Shown here one piece after another: positions 50,019 to 59,876 of a DNA stretch of 64,000 nt; position 1 is the first letter of the stretch, and each line of letters opens with the position of its first letter. This stretch comes from Truepera sp. (GTDB lineage Bacteria > Deinococcota > Deinococci > Deinococcales > Trueperaceae): NCBI GenBank assembly GCA_965218435.1, contig CBDCKW010000009.1, forward strand, positions 2,368,001-2,432,000, given 5' to 3'. The notes under the pieces are model-generated. The model searched no databases. It was not told the DNA's origin and saw only the letters and a list, made by a program, of their open reading frames with translations. Both the position numbers and the translations under genes were made by a program.

Positions 50019-52427
50019 TCAGCGCCCTGGCACTAGCCTAAGTGTTTCTAAAACGTCTCCTAGTTGGTTCCTGGCTGTCACCATCGGCAGATACTCAACT
50101 TCAACCCAACGCTCTAAAAAATCGCGGTAGTGCGCAGATAAAACGTTACCGGACTGACCTGTAGGTTGGATAAACTGAGAACGTTCTAAATCACTGAGAT
50201 CGTAAAGTGCCCTGAGTCCCGGCCCACTGGTCTGCGCGGCACCTTCCTCATCAAGAGCGTACCGCGCTGCATTAACCGTAAACGCGTCGCCCCCATTCGG
50301 TACACGCAGGTTAAACAAGCGGCCCAGCGGCGTCTGCGCAAAAACCAGATGGTCGTGGTCGGCGTAGTGAGGGTCACCCCAACGCCAGCGGTTTATATCG
50401 TCGCCGTAATGTTCTTGCAGCTCTTGCGCGGCCTGCCGAAGTGCTGTGGCTCCTAAGAGTTTGCAAGTCTCGAGTTCAGGCGTCGCTACGTTGTCACACC
50501 ACGCTGTTTGCTTACGGATAACGTTACGAAAAAAGAGCGGACGGAAACCCCAGGTATCGTCAAATAAGGTATCAGGGCCGCCTTTTGACAGGTCATCTTC
50601 TAAAACGAGCCGGGTAAACGCCCGATACCAGGTACTAAAAATCAGCGGCTCGGGTGCGTTCGCCGTCATCACGCCGTCCCAAGCGGCAAGCCGCGCCTGT
50701 AACGCCTGCGCTTCGGTACCTTCAGCTTGCACGCTCAGCAAAAACGGCAGAAAGTCGCCCACCATGCCCGAAAGCTGGTCAGCTTGAACGTCTCTAAACG
50801 AACCGAGTGAATGTTTAGCTTGAGCCGCTAACAGTGCCGTGATGCGCTCCACTCGGTACGGTTCGGCCCACTCCGAAGTTAAAAAGTACGGATAGTCGTC
50901 CGGGACGAGTTTGTTGTTCGCCGTAACAATCTGGCCTGAAGGTGGGTTGTAAACATGCGGCAACTTCTCGAAGGGAATAAAGCCTGTCCAGTCGTAGTCA
51001 CCTGTCCAACCCGGAACCGGTACTAAACCGTTCCCGTTTTTGCGAATCGGCACCCTGGCAGGCGCAACCATCCCGATGTTTCCGTCTACATCGGCGTACA
51101 CGATATTTTGCTGCGGCGCGTGAAAGTTGCGCAGGGCTTCGGTAAAGTCGTTCCAGTTTTGCGCTTGGTTAAGGTCTAAACCTGCTTGCAGCGACAAGTC
51201 ATCGTTACGCAGCGACGTCCAAGCAAAGGCAAGCGCGTATTCGGAACCGGCAACCTCGGCAGCGTCCGCACTCACATCCGAGACGAGCGGGCCGTGCCGG
51301 GTTTCACGCACCTTTAAGGTCACGTCAGCCTGGCCTTTCACCCGGATGGTCTCCTGACGCGTTGTTAGCTCAGCCCACCCCGTCGGTGTTTTGTAGCGGT
51401 TAGGATTTTTGGGATCAAACTGTTCAACAAATAAATCCTGCGTGTCTGGCCCGGTATTCGTAAAACCCCAGGCAATACGGTCAGTACGTCCTAGGACGAC
51501 GAGCGGCAATCCTGGGAGGGTTGCGCCGATGGTCTCGAGCCCCGGTGCCGAGAGCTGTGCCAAATACCAGAGCGCCGGAGTTTGCAAGGCCAAATGTGGA
51601 TCATTGGCTAAGAGCGGTGCACCGGTGACGCTATGCTCGCCGCTCACAACCCAATTATTCGACCCCGCTCCCGGTGGCAATGGTTTAGGCGAAGTCGCCC
51701 AGAGTTTGTCCAAAGGCAATTTTTGATAGAGCGCAGAAAAATCCGGCAAAATCACCGGCGCGTCGCCCGGATAAGGCGGCCAGAGTTGGGCAACACGCTC
51801 CGGCGGCAAAACCTTGAGGAGCCGTGCCCGTAAGAGTTCGTCATCCCAATTCCCGCCCAAATCCCACGCCATCATCTTGAGCCAGACGAGCGAATCGGCA
51901 GGCTGCCAGGGTTCGGGTTCATAACCTAAAATCAAGAACTCAGGGGGCAACGCGCCCTTGCGCTGCCCTAGAAACGCATTGACTCCGGCGCTGTACGCTG
52001 CTAAGGCACCCTGCGCCTCGGCGCTGAGGTTCGGGAGTGTCTGCTCAGCTGAGCGGTAAACGCCCAGCGTCCGTAAGAATTTGTCGGTTTCTAAAGTAGC
52101 GTCTCCTAAAACTTCCGAAAGCCGCCCCGCGCCGACACGCCGCTGAAAATCCATTTGAAAAAGTCGGTCTTGCGCGTGAACGAAACCAAGGGCAAACAGC
52201 GCATCTTCTGAACTTTTCGCGTAGATGTGCGGCACGGCGTTCTCGTCACGGATGACCTCGACGGGTGCGCCCAAACCGGGCAGCGTAAGGGTACCGCTCA
52301 CCTTGGGCAACGAGGTGCGGAGGTAAAGAAATACGACGAGGAGCACGAGCGAAAGAATGACAAGCAGCCCGAGGGGAACGAACCACCAGCGAAACCGTCT
52401 GCGCCTAGTTTGTTTAGAAATCGTCAC
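50019..52427 (-). CDS. Penicillin acylase / AHL acylase family (Ntn hydrolase)
   Basis: HAQDRLFQMD, GSNNW, LANDPHL, QNIVYAD, GQSGN; N-terminal membrane anchor. Confidence 0.95.
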   Translation of the reverse strand: MTISKQTRRRRFRWWFVPLGLLVILSLVLLVVFLYLRTSLPKVSGTLTLPGLGAPVEVIRDENAVPHIYAKSSEDALFALGFVHAQDRLFQMDFQRRVGAGRLSEVLGDATLETDKFLRTLGVYRSAEQTLPNLSAEAQGALAAYSAGVNAFLGQRKGALPPEFLILGYEPEPWQPADSLVWLKMMAWDLGGNWDDELLRARLLKVLPPERVAQLWPPYPGDAPVILPDFSALYQKLPLDKLWATSPKPLPPGAGSNNWVVSGEHSVTGAPLLANDPHLALQTPALWYLAQLSAPGLETIGATLPGLPLVVLGRTDRIAWGFTNTGPDTQDLFVEQFDPKNPNRYKTPTGWAELTTRQETIRVKGQADVTLKVRETRHGPLVSDVSADAAEVAGSEYALAFAWTSLRNDDLSLQAGLDLNQAQNWNDFTEALRNFHAPQQNIVYADVDGNIGMVAPARVPIRKNGNGLVPVPGWTGDYDWTGFIPFEKLPHVYNPPSGQIVTANNKLVPDDYPYFLTSEWAEPYRVERITALLAAQAKHSLGSFRDVQADQLSGMVGDFLPFLLSVQAEGTEAQALQARLAAWDGVMTANAPEPLIFSTWYRAFTRLVLEDDLSKGGPDTLFDDTWGFRPLFFRNVIRKQTAWCDNVATPELETCKLLGATALRQAAQELQEHYGDDINRWRWGDPHYADHDHLVFAQTPLGRLFNLRVPNGGDAFTVNAARYALDEEGAAQTSGPGLRALYDLSDLERSQFIQPTGQSGNVLSAHYRDFLERWVEVEYLPMVTARNQLGDVLETLRLVPGR

Positions 52428-52543
52428 TGTAGGGGTTAGTGTAGCGTATTGAGGGTGGGGCTCGAGGCCAACTCGAGCAGCCTATGTCATCCGTTTTCAA
52501 GCCTTGCTGAGCTTCCAGGATTTCGCAGTACAATAGCGTTATC

Positions 52544-52760
52544 ATGACTATAATTACTGAAAAAGGCTTTTTCCGAGGCTTCAAAACTTTCAGAGAGAGA
52601 CCAGGACGCTGTAGCCGAAGTTATTCTGGCCGAGCTCGCATCTGAAAAACGTTGGAATGACCTATTTGCCAACTCTCAAGACGCACTTGCCGAACTCGCT
52701 CAAGAAGCACTCTCCGAACATCATGCTGGCGAAACCCAAGCTGTTGACTGTAACAAGTAG
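52544..52760 (+). pseudogene. Antitoxin-like gene frameshifted at codon 3
   Basis: ATG ACT ATA A|TTA CTG AAA...; the shifted frame reads LLKKAFSEASKLSERDQDAVAEVILAELASEKRWNDLFANSQDALAELAQEALSEH...; its TAG overlaps the toxin GTG. Confidence 0.75.
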
Positions 52761-53029
52761 TGGTTTCTACCACAACCGAGAAATTTTGGAAAGCTTACGA
52801 CAACCTTGGTGAGACGGTTCAAAAGCAGGCTCGAGCCTCGTACCGCCTCTTTCGTGCAAATCCGCGTCATCCCAGCCTTCACTTTAAGAAAGTACATAAC
52901 ACCTTGCCGATCTACTCAGCGCGAATAAACCTTGACCACCGCGCAGTCGGTATCCTTGAAGGAAACACCATCGTCCGGTTTTGGATTGGATCTCACGGCG
53001 CATACGAGAGGCTTATCTCGAGCTTTTAA
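52760..53029 (+). CDS. RelE/ParE-superfamily toxin-like protein
   Basis: FWKAY...[12 protein letters not shown]...YSARI...RAVG...WIGSH. Confidence 0.8.
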   Translation: MVSTTTEKFWKAYDNLGETVQKQARASYRLFRANPRHPSLHFKKVHNTLPIYSARINLDHRAVGILEGNTIVRFWIGSHGAYERLISSF

Positions 53030-53088
53030 CAAAAACTCGACTGGCTGCTCAAGCCCCGCACCTCAAACTATACCCGCCCCGGCAAATA

Positions 53089-53200
53089 TGCTACACTGCC
53101 CTTTGGCTTCGCGGCTGACCTCCCCACCTATCACCTGGGTCAGCTGGCGACATAAGTGCGAACGTTTAACCGATAAACGCTTGACTAAAGAGGATGTGAA
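53089..53200 (+). promoter_or_regulatory. Extended -10 promoter and structured leader of rplM-rpsI
   Basis: TGCTACACT at 53089-53097; stem CGGCTGACC/GGTCAGCTG at 53112-53146. Confidence 0.45.
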
Positions 53201-53201
53201 C

Positions 53202-53621
53202 GTGAAAACCTACTTTCCCAAAGAACCCACGAACGGTTGGGTTGTAGTTGACGCCGAAGGGCAGACCGTCGGCCGACTAGCTACGCAGATTGCCACCGTC
53301 TTGCGTGGCAAACACAAACCCGACTTTACGCCGAATCAGCTCAGTGGTGATTTCGTAGTTGTCATCAACGCTGAAAAAGTCGTTTTTACCGGCAAAAAGA
53401 TGGACCAAAAGGTCTATACCCGGTATAGCGGCTATCAGGGTGGCCTCAAAAAGACGAACGCCCGCACGATGCTCGAAAAGCGCCCCGAGCGCGTGTTAGA
53501 GCACGCCGTTTGGGGAATGCTCCCGAAAACCCGTTTGGGCCGCCGGATGATCCGCCGCCTCAAGGTCTACCCCGGTCGTGCGCACCCGCACGCTGCTCAG
53601 CAACCCCAGGAGATGCGCTAA
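53202..53621 (+). CDS. rplM: 50S ribosomal protein L13
   Basis: [41 protein letters not shown] 53202. Confidence 0.98.
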   Translation: MKTYFPKEPTNGWVVVDAEGQTVGRLATQIATVLRGKHKPDFTPNQLSGDFVVVINAEKVVFTGKKMDQKVYTRYSGYQGGLKKTNARTMLEKRPERVLEHAVWGMLPKTRLGRRMIRRLKVYPGRAHPHAAQQPQEMR

Positions 53622-54007
53622 TGGAACAATTTTATGGTACAGGCCGCCGCAAAGCTGCCGTCGCCCGCGTGTTTTTACGCCCCGGCGGAGGCCGCATCAC
53701 GGTCAACGGCAAAGATTTTCAGGACTATTTTCGCGGTATTTTGGTCGGTGTGCAGGCGCTCGAGCCCCTTAAAGTTACCGGTTCAGCCGGTCGCTACGAC
53801 GCCGTGATTACCGTCAAAGGCGGCGGCCCGAGTGGTCAGGCCGACGCGATTAAGTTGGGCGTTGCCCGCGCCCTCGTCGCGGTCAACCCCGAGTTTCGTG
53901 CCCGCCTCAAACCGGGGGGTTACTTAACCCGTGACGCGAGAGAGGTCGAGCGCAAAAAATACGGCTTGCGCAAAGCCCGCCGCGCCCCGCAGTACAGCAA
54001 ACGCTAA
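53621..54007 (+). CDS. rpsI: 30S ribosomal protein S9
   Basis: GTGRRKAAVARV, GGGPSGQA, ERKKYGLRKARRAPQYSKR. Confidence 0.98.
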   Translation: MEQFYGTGRRKAAVARVFLRPGGGRITVNGKDFQDYFRGILVGVQALEPLKVTGSAGRYDAVITVKGGGPSGQADAIKLGVARALVAVNPEFRARLKPGGYLTRDAREVERKKYGLRKARRAPQYSKR

Positions 54008-54024
54008 GCCAAACTGGTTTAGGG

Positions 54025-54057
54025 AAAAGAGGACTGAGTTTTCAGCCCTCTTTTTTT
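54025..54057 (+). terminator. Intrinsic terminator after rpsI
   Basis: AAAAGAGGaCTGAg-tt-tTCAGcCCTC followed by T7. Confidence 0.75.
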
Positions 54058-54342
54058 GAACTGCCTATAGCTTGCCGGACACGCTCGTAACTCGAGCTTT
54101 TTCAATGCCAGCGCCCCGTTTTGTATAGAAGGTGTCCCAAATTCGTGCGTACACAACGTGGACACTGCGTCCCTAACGGGCTTATTTTTTTCTTACACAG
54201 TTCGTGGTACACCGCCTTTATATAAGTACCCCTTGCCGGTACCTCGCATCATGCTATTGTCATCTCGCTCGCGTAGAGTCAGGTTGCGCAGCCGATATAG
54301 CAGCGCGGAGCAGCGCAACACTTCACCTTTTTAGGACACGCT

Positions 54343-55167
54343 ATGACAACCTTTCAGGCGGTTATTTTAGGCATCATTCAGGGTCTGGCTGAGTTTTTAC
54401 CGATCTCGAGTACCGCGCACCTCCGCATCTTTCCCGCGCTCTTTGGCTGGAGCGACCCCGGTACGGCCTTTAGCGCCGTGATTCAGCTCGGCACAATCGC
54501 CGCAGTGATCATCTTTTTTATCCGCGACCTGTGGCGCATTTTAATTACTTGGCTGCGTTCACTTTTTACCCCCAGGCTCCGCGCCAACCCGGACGCCCGT
54601 ATCGGCTGGTACATCCTCTTAGGTACGCTGCCTATTGCCGTGCTGGGGCTACTTTTTCAAACCCAAATTACGACCGTGGCTCGAGACTTGCGCGTCATTG
54701 CCACAACGCTGATCGTCCTCGGCGTAGTGCTGTGGCTAGCTGACCGTAGCGGCGGCCGCCGTAAAGAAGTAGACCAGCTTACGCTCGCTGACGGGCTCGT
54801 ATATGGGTTCTCTCAAGCCTTTGCGCTTATCCCCGGCGTTTCACGTTCCGGCGCGACAATTAGCGCCGGACTCTTTTTAGGTTATACCCGCGAAGCCGCC
54901 GCCCGCTACTCGTTTTTACTCTCGGTTCCGGCGATTTTAGCCTCGGGACTTTTTGAACTTAAAGACGTCTCGCTGAGTGACGGCCCTGGCCTCGCCCCGA
55001 CGCTGATTGCTACCGCCGTGTCCTTTATCGTCGGCTACGCCTCGATTGCCTGGTTGCTGCGCTATGTGAGCCGTAACAGCTACCTACCGTTTGTCGTGTA
55101 CCGCATTGCTTTAGGCGTCGTCGTTGTTATCTTGCTCGCGCTAGGCGTACTGCAACCGTTTCAGTAA
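54343..55167 (+). CDS. uppP: Undecaprenyl-diphosphate phosphatase
   Basis: QGLAEFLPISSTAH, PGVSRSGATI. Confidence 0.96.
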   Translation: MTTFQAVILGIIQGLAEFLPISSTAHLRIFPALFGWSDPGTAFSAVIQLGTIAAVIIFFIRDLWRILITWLRSLFTPRLRANPDARIGWYILLGTLPIAVLGLLFQTQITTVARDLRVIATTLIVLGVVLWLADRSGGRRKEVDQLTLADGLVYGFSQAFALIPGVSRSGATISAGLFLGYTREAAARYSFLLSVPAILASGLFELKDVSLSDGPGLAPTLIATAVSFIVGYASIAWLLRYVSRNSYLPFVVYRIALGVVVVILLALGVLQPFQ

Positions 55168-55400
55168 CCGTTTCAGTAGCTTGACGGTGGTTAACAGCAT
55201 CTTCAAGAAAGATTGCACCAAACATCATCATAAAACGTACGTGCTGGTCAGCAGAACTTAGACGCAGAGCATTTCTCACCAGATAACTTGCCTGCGCCCC
55301 TCAAGGGTGTACCCCCCAGGGTATACCTGCTGTAAAAGGCGTGCGTAACAGCCTCTTCGGACAGGTCACGTTAAACTAACATCACTTGGGAGGACCCTCC

Positions 55401-56906
55401 ATGACGGTTACACGTATTGCCCCCTCACCCACCGGTGACCCTCACGTCGGCACGGCCTATATGAGCTTGTTCGACTATGTATTTGCCAAGCAGCAAAACG
55501 GCACCTTTATCTTACGCGTTGAAGACACCGACCAAAAACGTTATCAACCAGGAGCCGAGCAGAGAGTTTTAGACGCGCTCAGTTGGTTAGGTTTAGAGCC
55601 GGGCGAAGACCCCGTGAAGGGTGGGCCGAACGCCCCCTATCGGCAGACCGAGCGCAAAGCGATTTATTTGGAGTACGTCCAAAAACTTCTGGACGAGGGC
55701 AAAGCGTACCGGGCGTTTGAAACCGCTGAAGAACTCGCCGAAATCCGCGCCGAACTTCAGGCTAAAGGTCTTGGTTACGGCTACGACGGGCGTGGACGCA
55801 ACGTGTCCAAAGAAGAGTCCGAGCGCCGCGCCGCCGCCGGTGAACCGTTTTCTGTCCGGTTTATCACGCCGGATAAGGGCGAAACCGTTGTGAATGACCT
55901 CTTACGCGGTGAAATTCGTATCCCTAACCGTGAGGTGCCCGAGGCAGTTTTGTTAAAAAGCGACGGCTTACCGACCTATCACTTAGCGGTCGTCGTGGAT
56001 GATCATCTGATGGGCGTGACGCACGTGATTCGCGGCGAAGAGTGGATTCCGACCTCACCGATTCATGTGCTGCTTTATGGGGCGTTCGGTTGGGACGAGC
56101 CCGTGTGGATTCACATGCCGATCTTGAAAAACGCCTCGGGCAAAAAGCTCAGTAAACGCAAAGACGACACCAACCTGGACTCGTACCGTCAGCAAGGATT
56201 TTTACCCGAGGCGCTGCTAAATTATCTCGGCACGATGGGCTACAGTATGCCGGGGGGCCGCGAGTTTTTTACGCTGAGTGAAATGATTCAGGACTTTTCG
56301 TTCAGGCGGATTTCACTGGGCGGGTCGATTTTCGACCTCAAGCGGCTCCGGCACTACAACGCCAAGTACTTGCGCGAACTGCCGCTCGAGGAACTCGCCA
56401 AAAGGGTCAAGCCGTTTTTAACTGAAGCAGGTATCACCTGGGACGACGAAGACTACCTGCTCGACGTGCTTGACGTGCTTCGTCCCCGCGCTGAAACACT
56501 CCGCGACTTCGCTGATCACGGCTACTTTTTTACCGAAGACTTTGCTTATACAGACGACGCGAAGAAGAAACTTCAGGGGGGGCAGAAGTATTTGGAGGGA
56601 CTCGAGCGCGAGTTTGCACGGCTCGACTCGTTCGATGAAGATTCGGTAGACGACGCGCTGCACGACTATGTGCAGTCGCAGAGCGGCGTCAAGATGGGCG
56701 CGATTTTGCAACCCCTCCGCGCCGCGCTAACCGGTACGACGCACTCACCGGGAATGACCGAAGTGGTGAGCATTTTAGGCAGAAAACGCGTGACTGAGCG
56801 CCTCGGACGGGCTTTGACCGCCATTACCCAGGGACTCCCCGACGACAAACCGGACAAACCGCCTAAAGATAGAGCCGAACAAAGCAGCAACAGTGAGGCT
56901 GCCTGA
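55401..56906 (+). CDS. gltX: Glutamyl-tRNA synthetase
   Basis: RIAPSPTGDPHVG, RVEDTD, PTYHLAVVVDD, RGEEW, KLSKR; GGAGG RBS before ATG 55401. Confidence 0.97.
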   Translation: MTVTRIAPSPTGDPHVGTAYMSLFDYVFAKQQNGTFILRVEDTDQKRYQPGAEQRVLDALSWLGLEPGEDPVKGGPNAPYRQTERKAIYLEYVQKLLDEGKAYRAFETAEELAEIRAELQAKGLGYGYDGRGRNVSKEESERRAAAGEPFSVRFITPDKGETVVNDLLRGEIRIPNREVPEAVLLKSDGLPTYHLAVVVDDHLMGVTHVIRGEEWIPTSPIHVLLYGAFGWDEPVWIHMPILKNASGKKLSKRKDDTNLDSYRQQGFLPEALLNYLGTMGYSMPGGREFFTLSEMIQDFSFRRISLGGSIFDLKRLRHYNAKYLRELPLEELAKRVKPFLTEAGITWDDEDYLLDVLDVLRPRAETLRDFADHGYFFTEDFAYTDDAKKKLQGGQKYLEGLEREFARLDSFDEDSVDDALHDYVQSQSGVKMGAILQPLRAALTGTTHSPGMTEVVSILGRKRVTERLGRALTAITQGLPDDKPDKPPKDRAEQSSNSEAA

Positions 56907-57850
56907 TGGCCTGGTTCGATAGACTCCGGCAAGGGCTGGGCAAAACCCGTGACATGCTTACCACCGACGTGCGCGATCTGGGCCGCTTGTGGGAGATGGA
57001 GTGGGACGACCTCGAGTTCGCCCTGATCGGGGCCGATACGGGCGCGAAGATTGCCGCCGAGGTTGTGGCTGAAGCCAAGGCTGAACGCGAACGTGGGACG
57101 AGTTTCCGGGAGTCTTTGGAGAAGGCGTTGCTGGACCAGCTCGAGCCCGACCGGATGCGCCAGAAACTCCGCCGTGTGGGTTTTAACCTCGACGTGTCGC
57201 GGAATCTCGTTGAACCCAAAGGCAAAGTCGTGATGGTCGTCGGCGTCAACGGCGTCGGCAAAACGACGACGATCGCCAAGTTGGGGCAGTACTACACCGG
57301 GCACGGTGACAAGGTGATGTTTGCCGCTGGGGATACGTTCCGGGCCGCAGCGACGGCGCAACTAGAAGTTTGGGGCGGTCGCCTCGGGATTCCGACGATT
57401 GCCGGGCCGGACGGCTCGGACCCCGGCGCAGTCGCCTTTGACGCGGCGCAGGCGAGGCGGGCCAGGGGCTTCGACCTGCTCTTTGTAGACACCGCCGGAC
57501 GCCTTCACACCAAGCACAACCTGATGGAAGAGCTTAAAAAGGTCAAACGCGTCATCGCCAAAGCCGACCCGGACGAACCCAAAGAGGTCTGGCTCGTGCT
57601 CGACGCGGTGACCGGGCAAAATGGTCTCGCTCAGGCCAAAAAGTTTCACGAGGCCGTCGGGCTTACCGGGGTGGTCGTGACCAAGCTCGACGGCACGGCC
57701 AAAGGTGGCATCTTGCTGCCGATCGTCCGTGAGTTAAAGCTGCCCATCAAGTTTATCGGCGTGGGCGAAAAGGCCGAAGACCTGCAACCTTACGACGCCG
57801 CCGCCTATGTACGGGCGCTGCTTGATATGCCGGAGACAGCAGCAGCATAG
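56906..57850 (+). CDS. ftsY: SRP receptor FtsY
   Basis: GVNGVGKTTT, DTFRAAA, DTAGR, TKLDGTAKGG. Confidence 0.98.
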   Translation: MAWFDRLRQGLGKTRDMLTTDVRDLGRLWEMEWDDLEFALIGADTGAKIAAEVVAEAKAERERGTSFRESLEKALLDQLEPDRMRQKLRRVGFNLDVSRNLVEPKGKVVMVVGVNGVGKTTTIAKLGQYYTGHGDKVMFAAGDTFRAAATAQLEVWGGRLGIPTIAGPDGSDPGAVAFDAAQARRARGFDLLFVDTAGRLHTKHNLMEELKKVKRVIAKADPDEPKEVWLVLDAVTGQNGLAQAKKFHEAVGLTGVVVTKLDGTAKGGILLPIVRELKLPIKFIGVGEKAEDLQPYDAAAYVRALLDMPETAAA

Positions 57851-57941
57851 GTCAATCAGGAAGGATTTTGACCGGTTTCAGGCTTACTATCGTTTTGAGT
57901 GAGCTTTACGTGGCTCACTTGAAAGAAACGAGGGTGAGAAC

Positions 57942-58535
57942 ATGAACGAACAGGTAGTGGCCCCCAACCGCGTCTTGCTTTGGCAACGGCTAGAAAGCCC
58001 TAGCCTCGAGATGTTTGCGCTGGAGCCGGACGCTACGCCGACGTTGGGCGGCACGGTGGTGCTCGAGCTAGAGGGTCAACCTGCCACAGTGAACTACCGC
58101 ATCGTCGTAACTGCAAACTGGAAAACGAGGCAGGTCACGGTAACGCTGAACTGGGGGAATGACATGAGAACTCTCGAGCTGCGTGTGGACGACGAGCAGC
58201 GTTGGTGGCATGGTGAGCAGGAGCTGGCCTACCTCCGGGGTCTCTACGACGTTGACCTGAGCGTGACGCCCGCAACTAACACCTTGCCCTTGCGGAGGCT
58301 CGAGCTGAGCGTCGGCGAAAGTCATGAAGTTACAGCAGCTTGGGTCAAGTTTCCGGAGCTCGACCTCGAGCCCTTGCCGCAACGTTACACCCGCACAGGC
58401 GAGACGCGCTACCGCTACGAGAGTGGAACTGCGTTCGCAGACTTTTCCGCAGAACTCGAGGTTGACGACGCAGCGTTGATTACCAAGTATATGAGTGGAA
58501 GACGAGGTTGGACGCGAGTAATACGCGCCAAGTGA
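57942..58535 (+). CDS. Putative glycolipid-binding domain protein
   Basis: DVDLSVTPATNTLPLRRL, QRYTR, YRYES, LEVDDAAL. Confidence 0.85.
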   Translation: MNEQVVAPNRVLLWQRLESPSLEMFALEPDATPTLGGTVVLELEGQPATVNYRIVVTANWKTRQVTVTLNWGNDMRTLELRVDDEQRWWHGEQELAYLRGLYDVDLSVTPATNTLPLRRLELSVGESHEVTAAWVKFPELDLEPLPQRYTRTGETRYRYESGTAFADFSAELEVDDAALITKYMSGRRGWTRVIRAK

Positions 58536-59200
58536 CGGAATACGACCGGGCATTCAGCTTCTGGCGGTTGTTAGCGGAAATCTACACGCCGCTGGGCAAC
58601 AGCAAAGCCCTCGTCAACACCACTGCGCCGATCGTCCTCAGCAACGCACTCTGGTATCCGGAACCGGAAAGTATCGCTGAAGTACGAGACTTTTACAGTG
58701 AACAAGGCGTTTCGGCGTCGTGCTTTTTGTCGGCAGAACTAGACGAAGGACTCTTACAAACGCTGGCCCTAAGCAACGCGGGCTTTTCACGTGCCGCCCA
58801 ATACAGTTTTACACAGTACGGTTTCACGCCGGTTGACGCCGTAAAAACTAGCTCTTTAACGGTCGAACAGGTCAGTTGGGTACAGACCCGTACCCTCGGT
58901 GAAGTCATCGCCGCAAACTATGCGCTGAGCCCGTACGCCGTTACAGTCGGACAAGCTTTAGCGTTAGCACTGCAGCTCGAGCCCACCCTAACCGCGTTCG
59001 TGGCTTACAACAGCAAGCCCGTCGGCGCGATGATAACGCAAGCGTTACCCGACAAGCTGATTGCATTTATGCTCGAGTCCCTCACTTCAGAGGCCGATTC
59101 TGCACTCCGGGCACGGTTGCGTTTTGAAGCTGAGACGCAAGGCAAAAAAGCATTCGTCTTTGAGCAGGTTGAGACAGGAGTATTTGAGCTGTGGCAGTAA
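58532..59200 (+). CDS. Hypothetical protein (possibly degenerate GNAT fold)
   Basis: GTGA overlap with the upstream gene and overlap with mqnB; weak GNAT-like C-terminal half. Confidence 0.65.
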   Translation: MTEYDRAFSFWRLLAEIYTPLGNSKALVNTTAPIVLSNALWYPEPESIAEVRDFYSEQGVSASCFLSAELDEGLLQTLALSNAGFSRAAQYSFTQYGFTPVDAVKTSSLTVEQVSWVQTRTLGEVIAANYALSPYAVTVGQALALALQLEPTLTAFVAYNSKPVGAMITQALPDKLIAFMLESLTSEADSALRARLRFEAETQGKKAFVFEQVETGVFELWQ

Positions 59201-59874
59201 CTTTGCTTGTCACGGCGACGGGACTCGAGGCCGCACCTCTCAAAGATGCACTCCTCTGGCAACCTCTCCCCTTTGCACTTGGTGAACTCTTTAAGCTGCC
59301 TGAGCAAAACATTTACCTGGCGCATCTAGGCGTCGCCAAGGTCAATACGGCGGCGGGTTTGACGCTGGCGCTGCACATTTTGAAACCGGATAAGGTTATT
59401 CAGTTCGGTATCGGTGGGGCGTTTGCTGAAGCGGGGCTCGAGCTGGGGCAAGTCGCCGTAGCAACGCAAGAAACACACATGGACACGGGCGTTCAGTTAG
59501 ACAACAATTGGCAAGACATGAAAACTTTAGGTTTTCCGCTATTGGGAGAGCATTACAATATTTTCCCAACTGACCCGGAGCTAACTCGGACGTTGGCTGC
59601 GCTTACCGGGGCGACGCCCTACGCGTTTGGCACTTCTGAAACAGTGACGGGGAGTTGGGCAAGAGCTAAGAGTATTTACGAACGTTTTGGGGTTGCCGTA
59701 GAGTCAATGGAAGGAGCCGCTGCCGCACAAGTTTGCACCGCGTTGGGCGTTCCTTTTGCCGAGCTGCGGGGTATCAGCAACGTCGTCGGAGAACGGGACA
59801 AGACGCGTTGGGATATTGGTAGGGCTGTAAAAGCGGTCAATCAGGCTGTACTGAGTTGCTTGCAAACTGTGTAG
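59191..59874 (+). CDS. mqnB: Futalosine hydrolase (PNP/MTAN fold)
   Basis: GVAKVN, FGIGGAF, TVTGS, ESMEGAA, ELRGISNVVGERD..RW. Confidence 0.85.
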   Translation: MAVTLLVTATGLEAAPLKDALLWQPLPFALGELFKLPEQNIYLAHLGVAKVNTAAGLTLALHILKPDKVIQFGIGGAFAEAGLELGQVAVATQETHMDTGVQLDNNWQDMKTLGFPLLGEHYNIFPTDPELTRTLAALTGATPYAFGTSETVTGSWARAKSIYERFGVAVESMEGAAAAQVCTALGVPFAELRGISNVVGERDKTRWDIGRAVKAVNQAVLSCLQTV

Positions 59875-59876
59875 CG

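Noticed and set aside
52932..53620. N-terminal extensions of L13 and S9 given by the ORF track
   Set aside because: Recognisable sequence starts at GTG 53202 and ATG 53621; the extensions overlap other features
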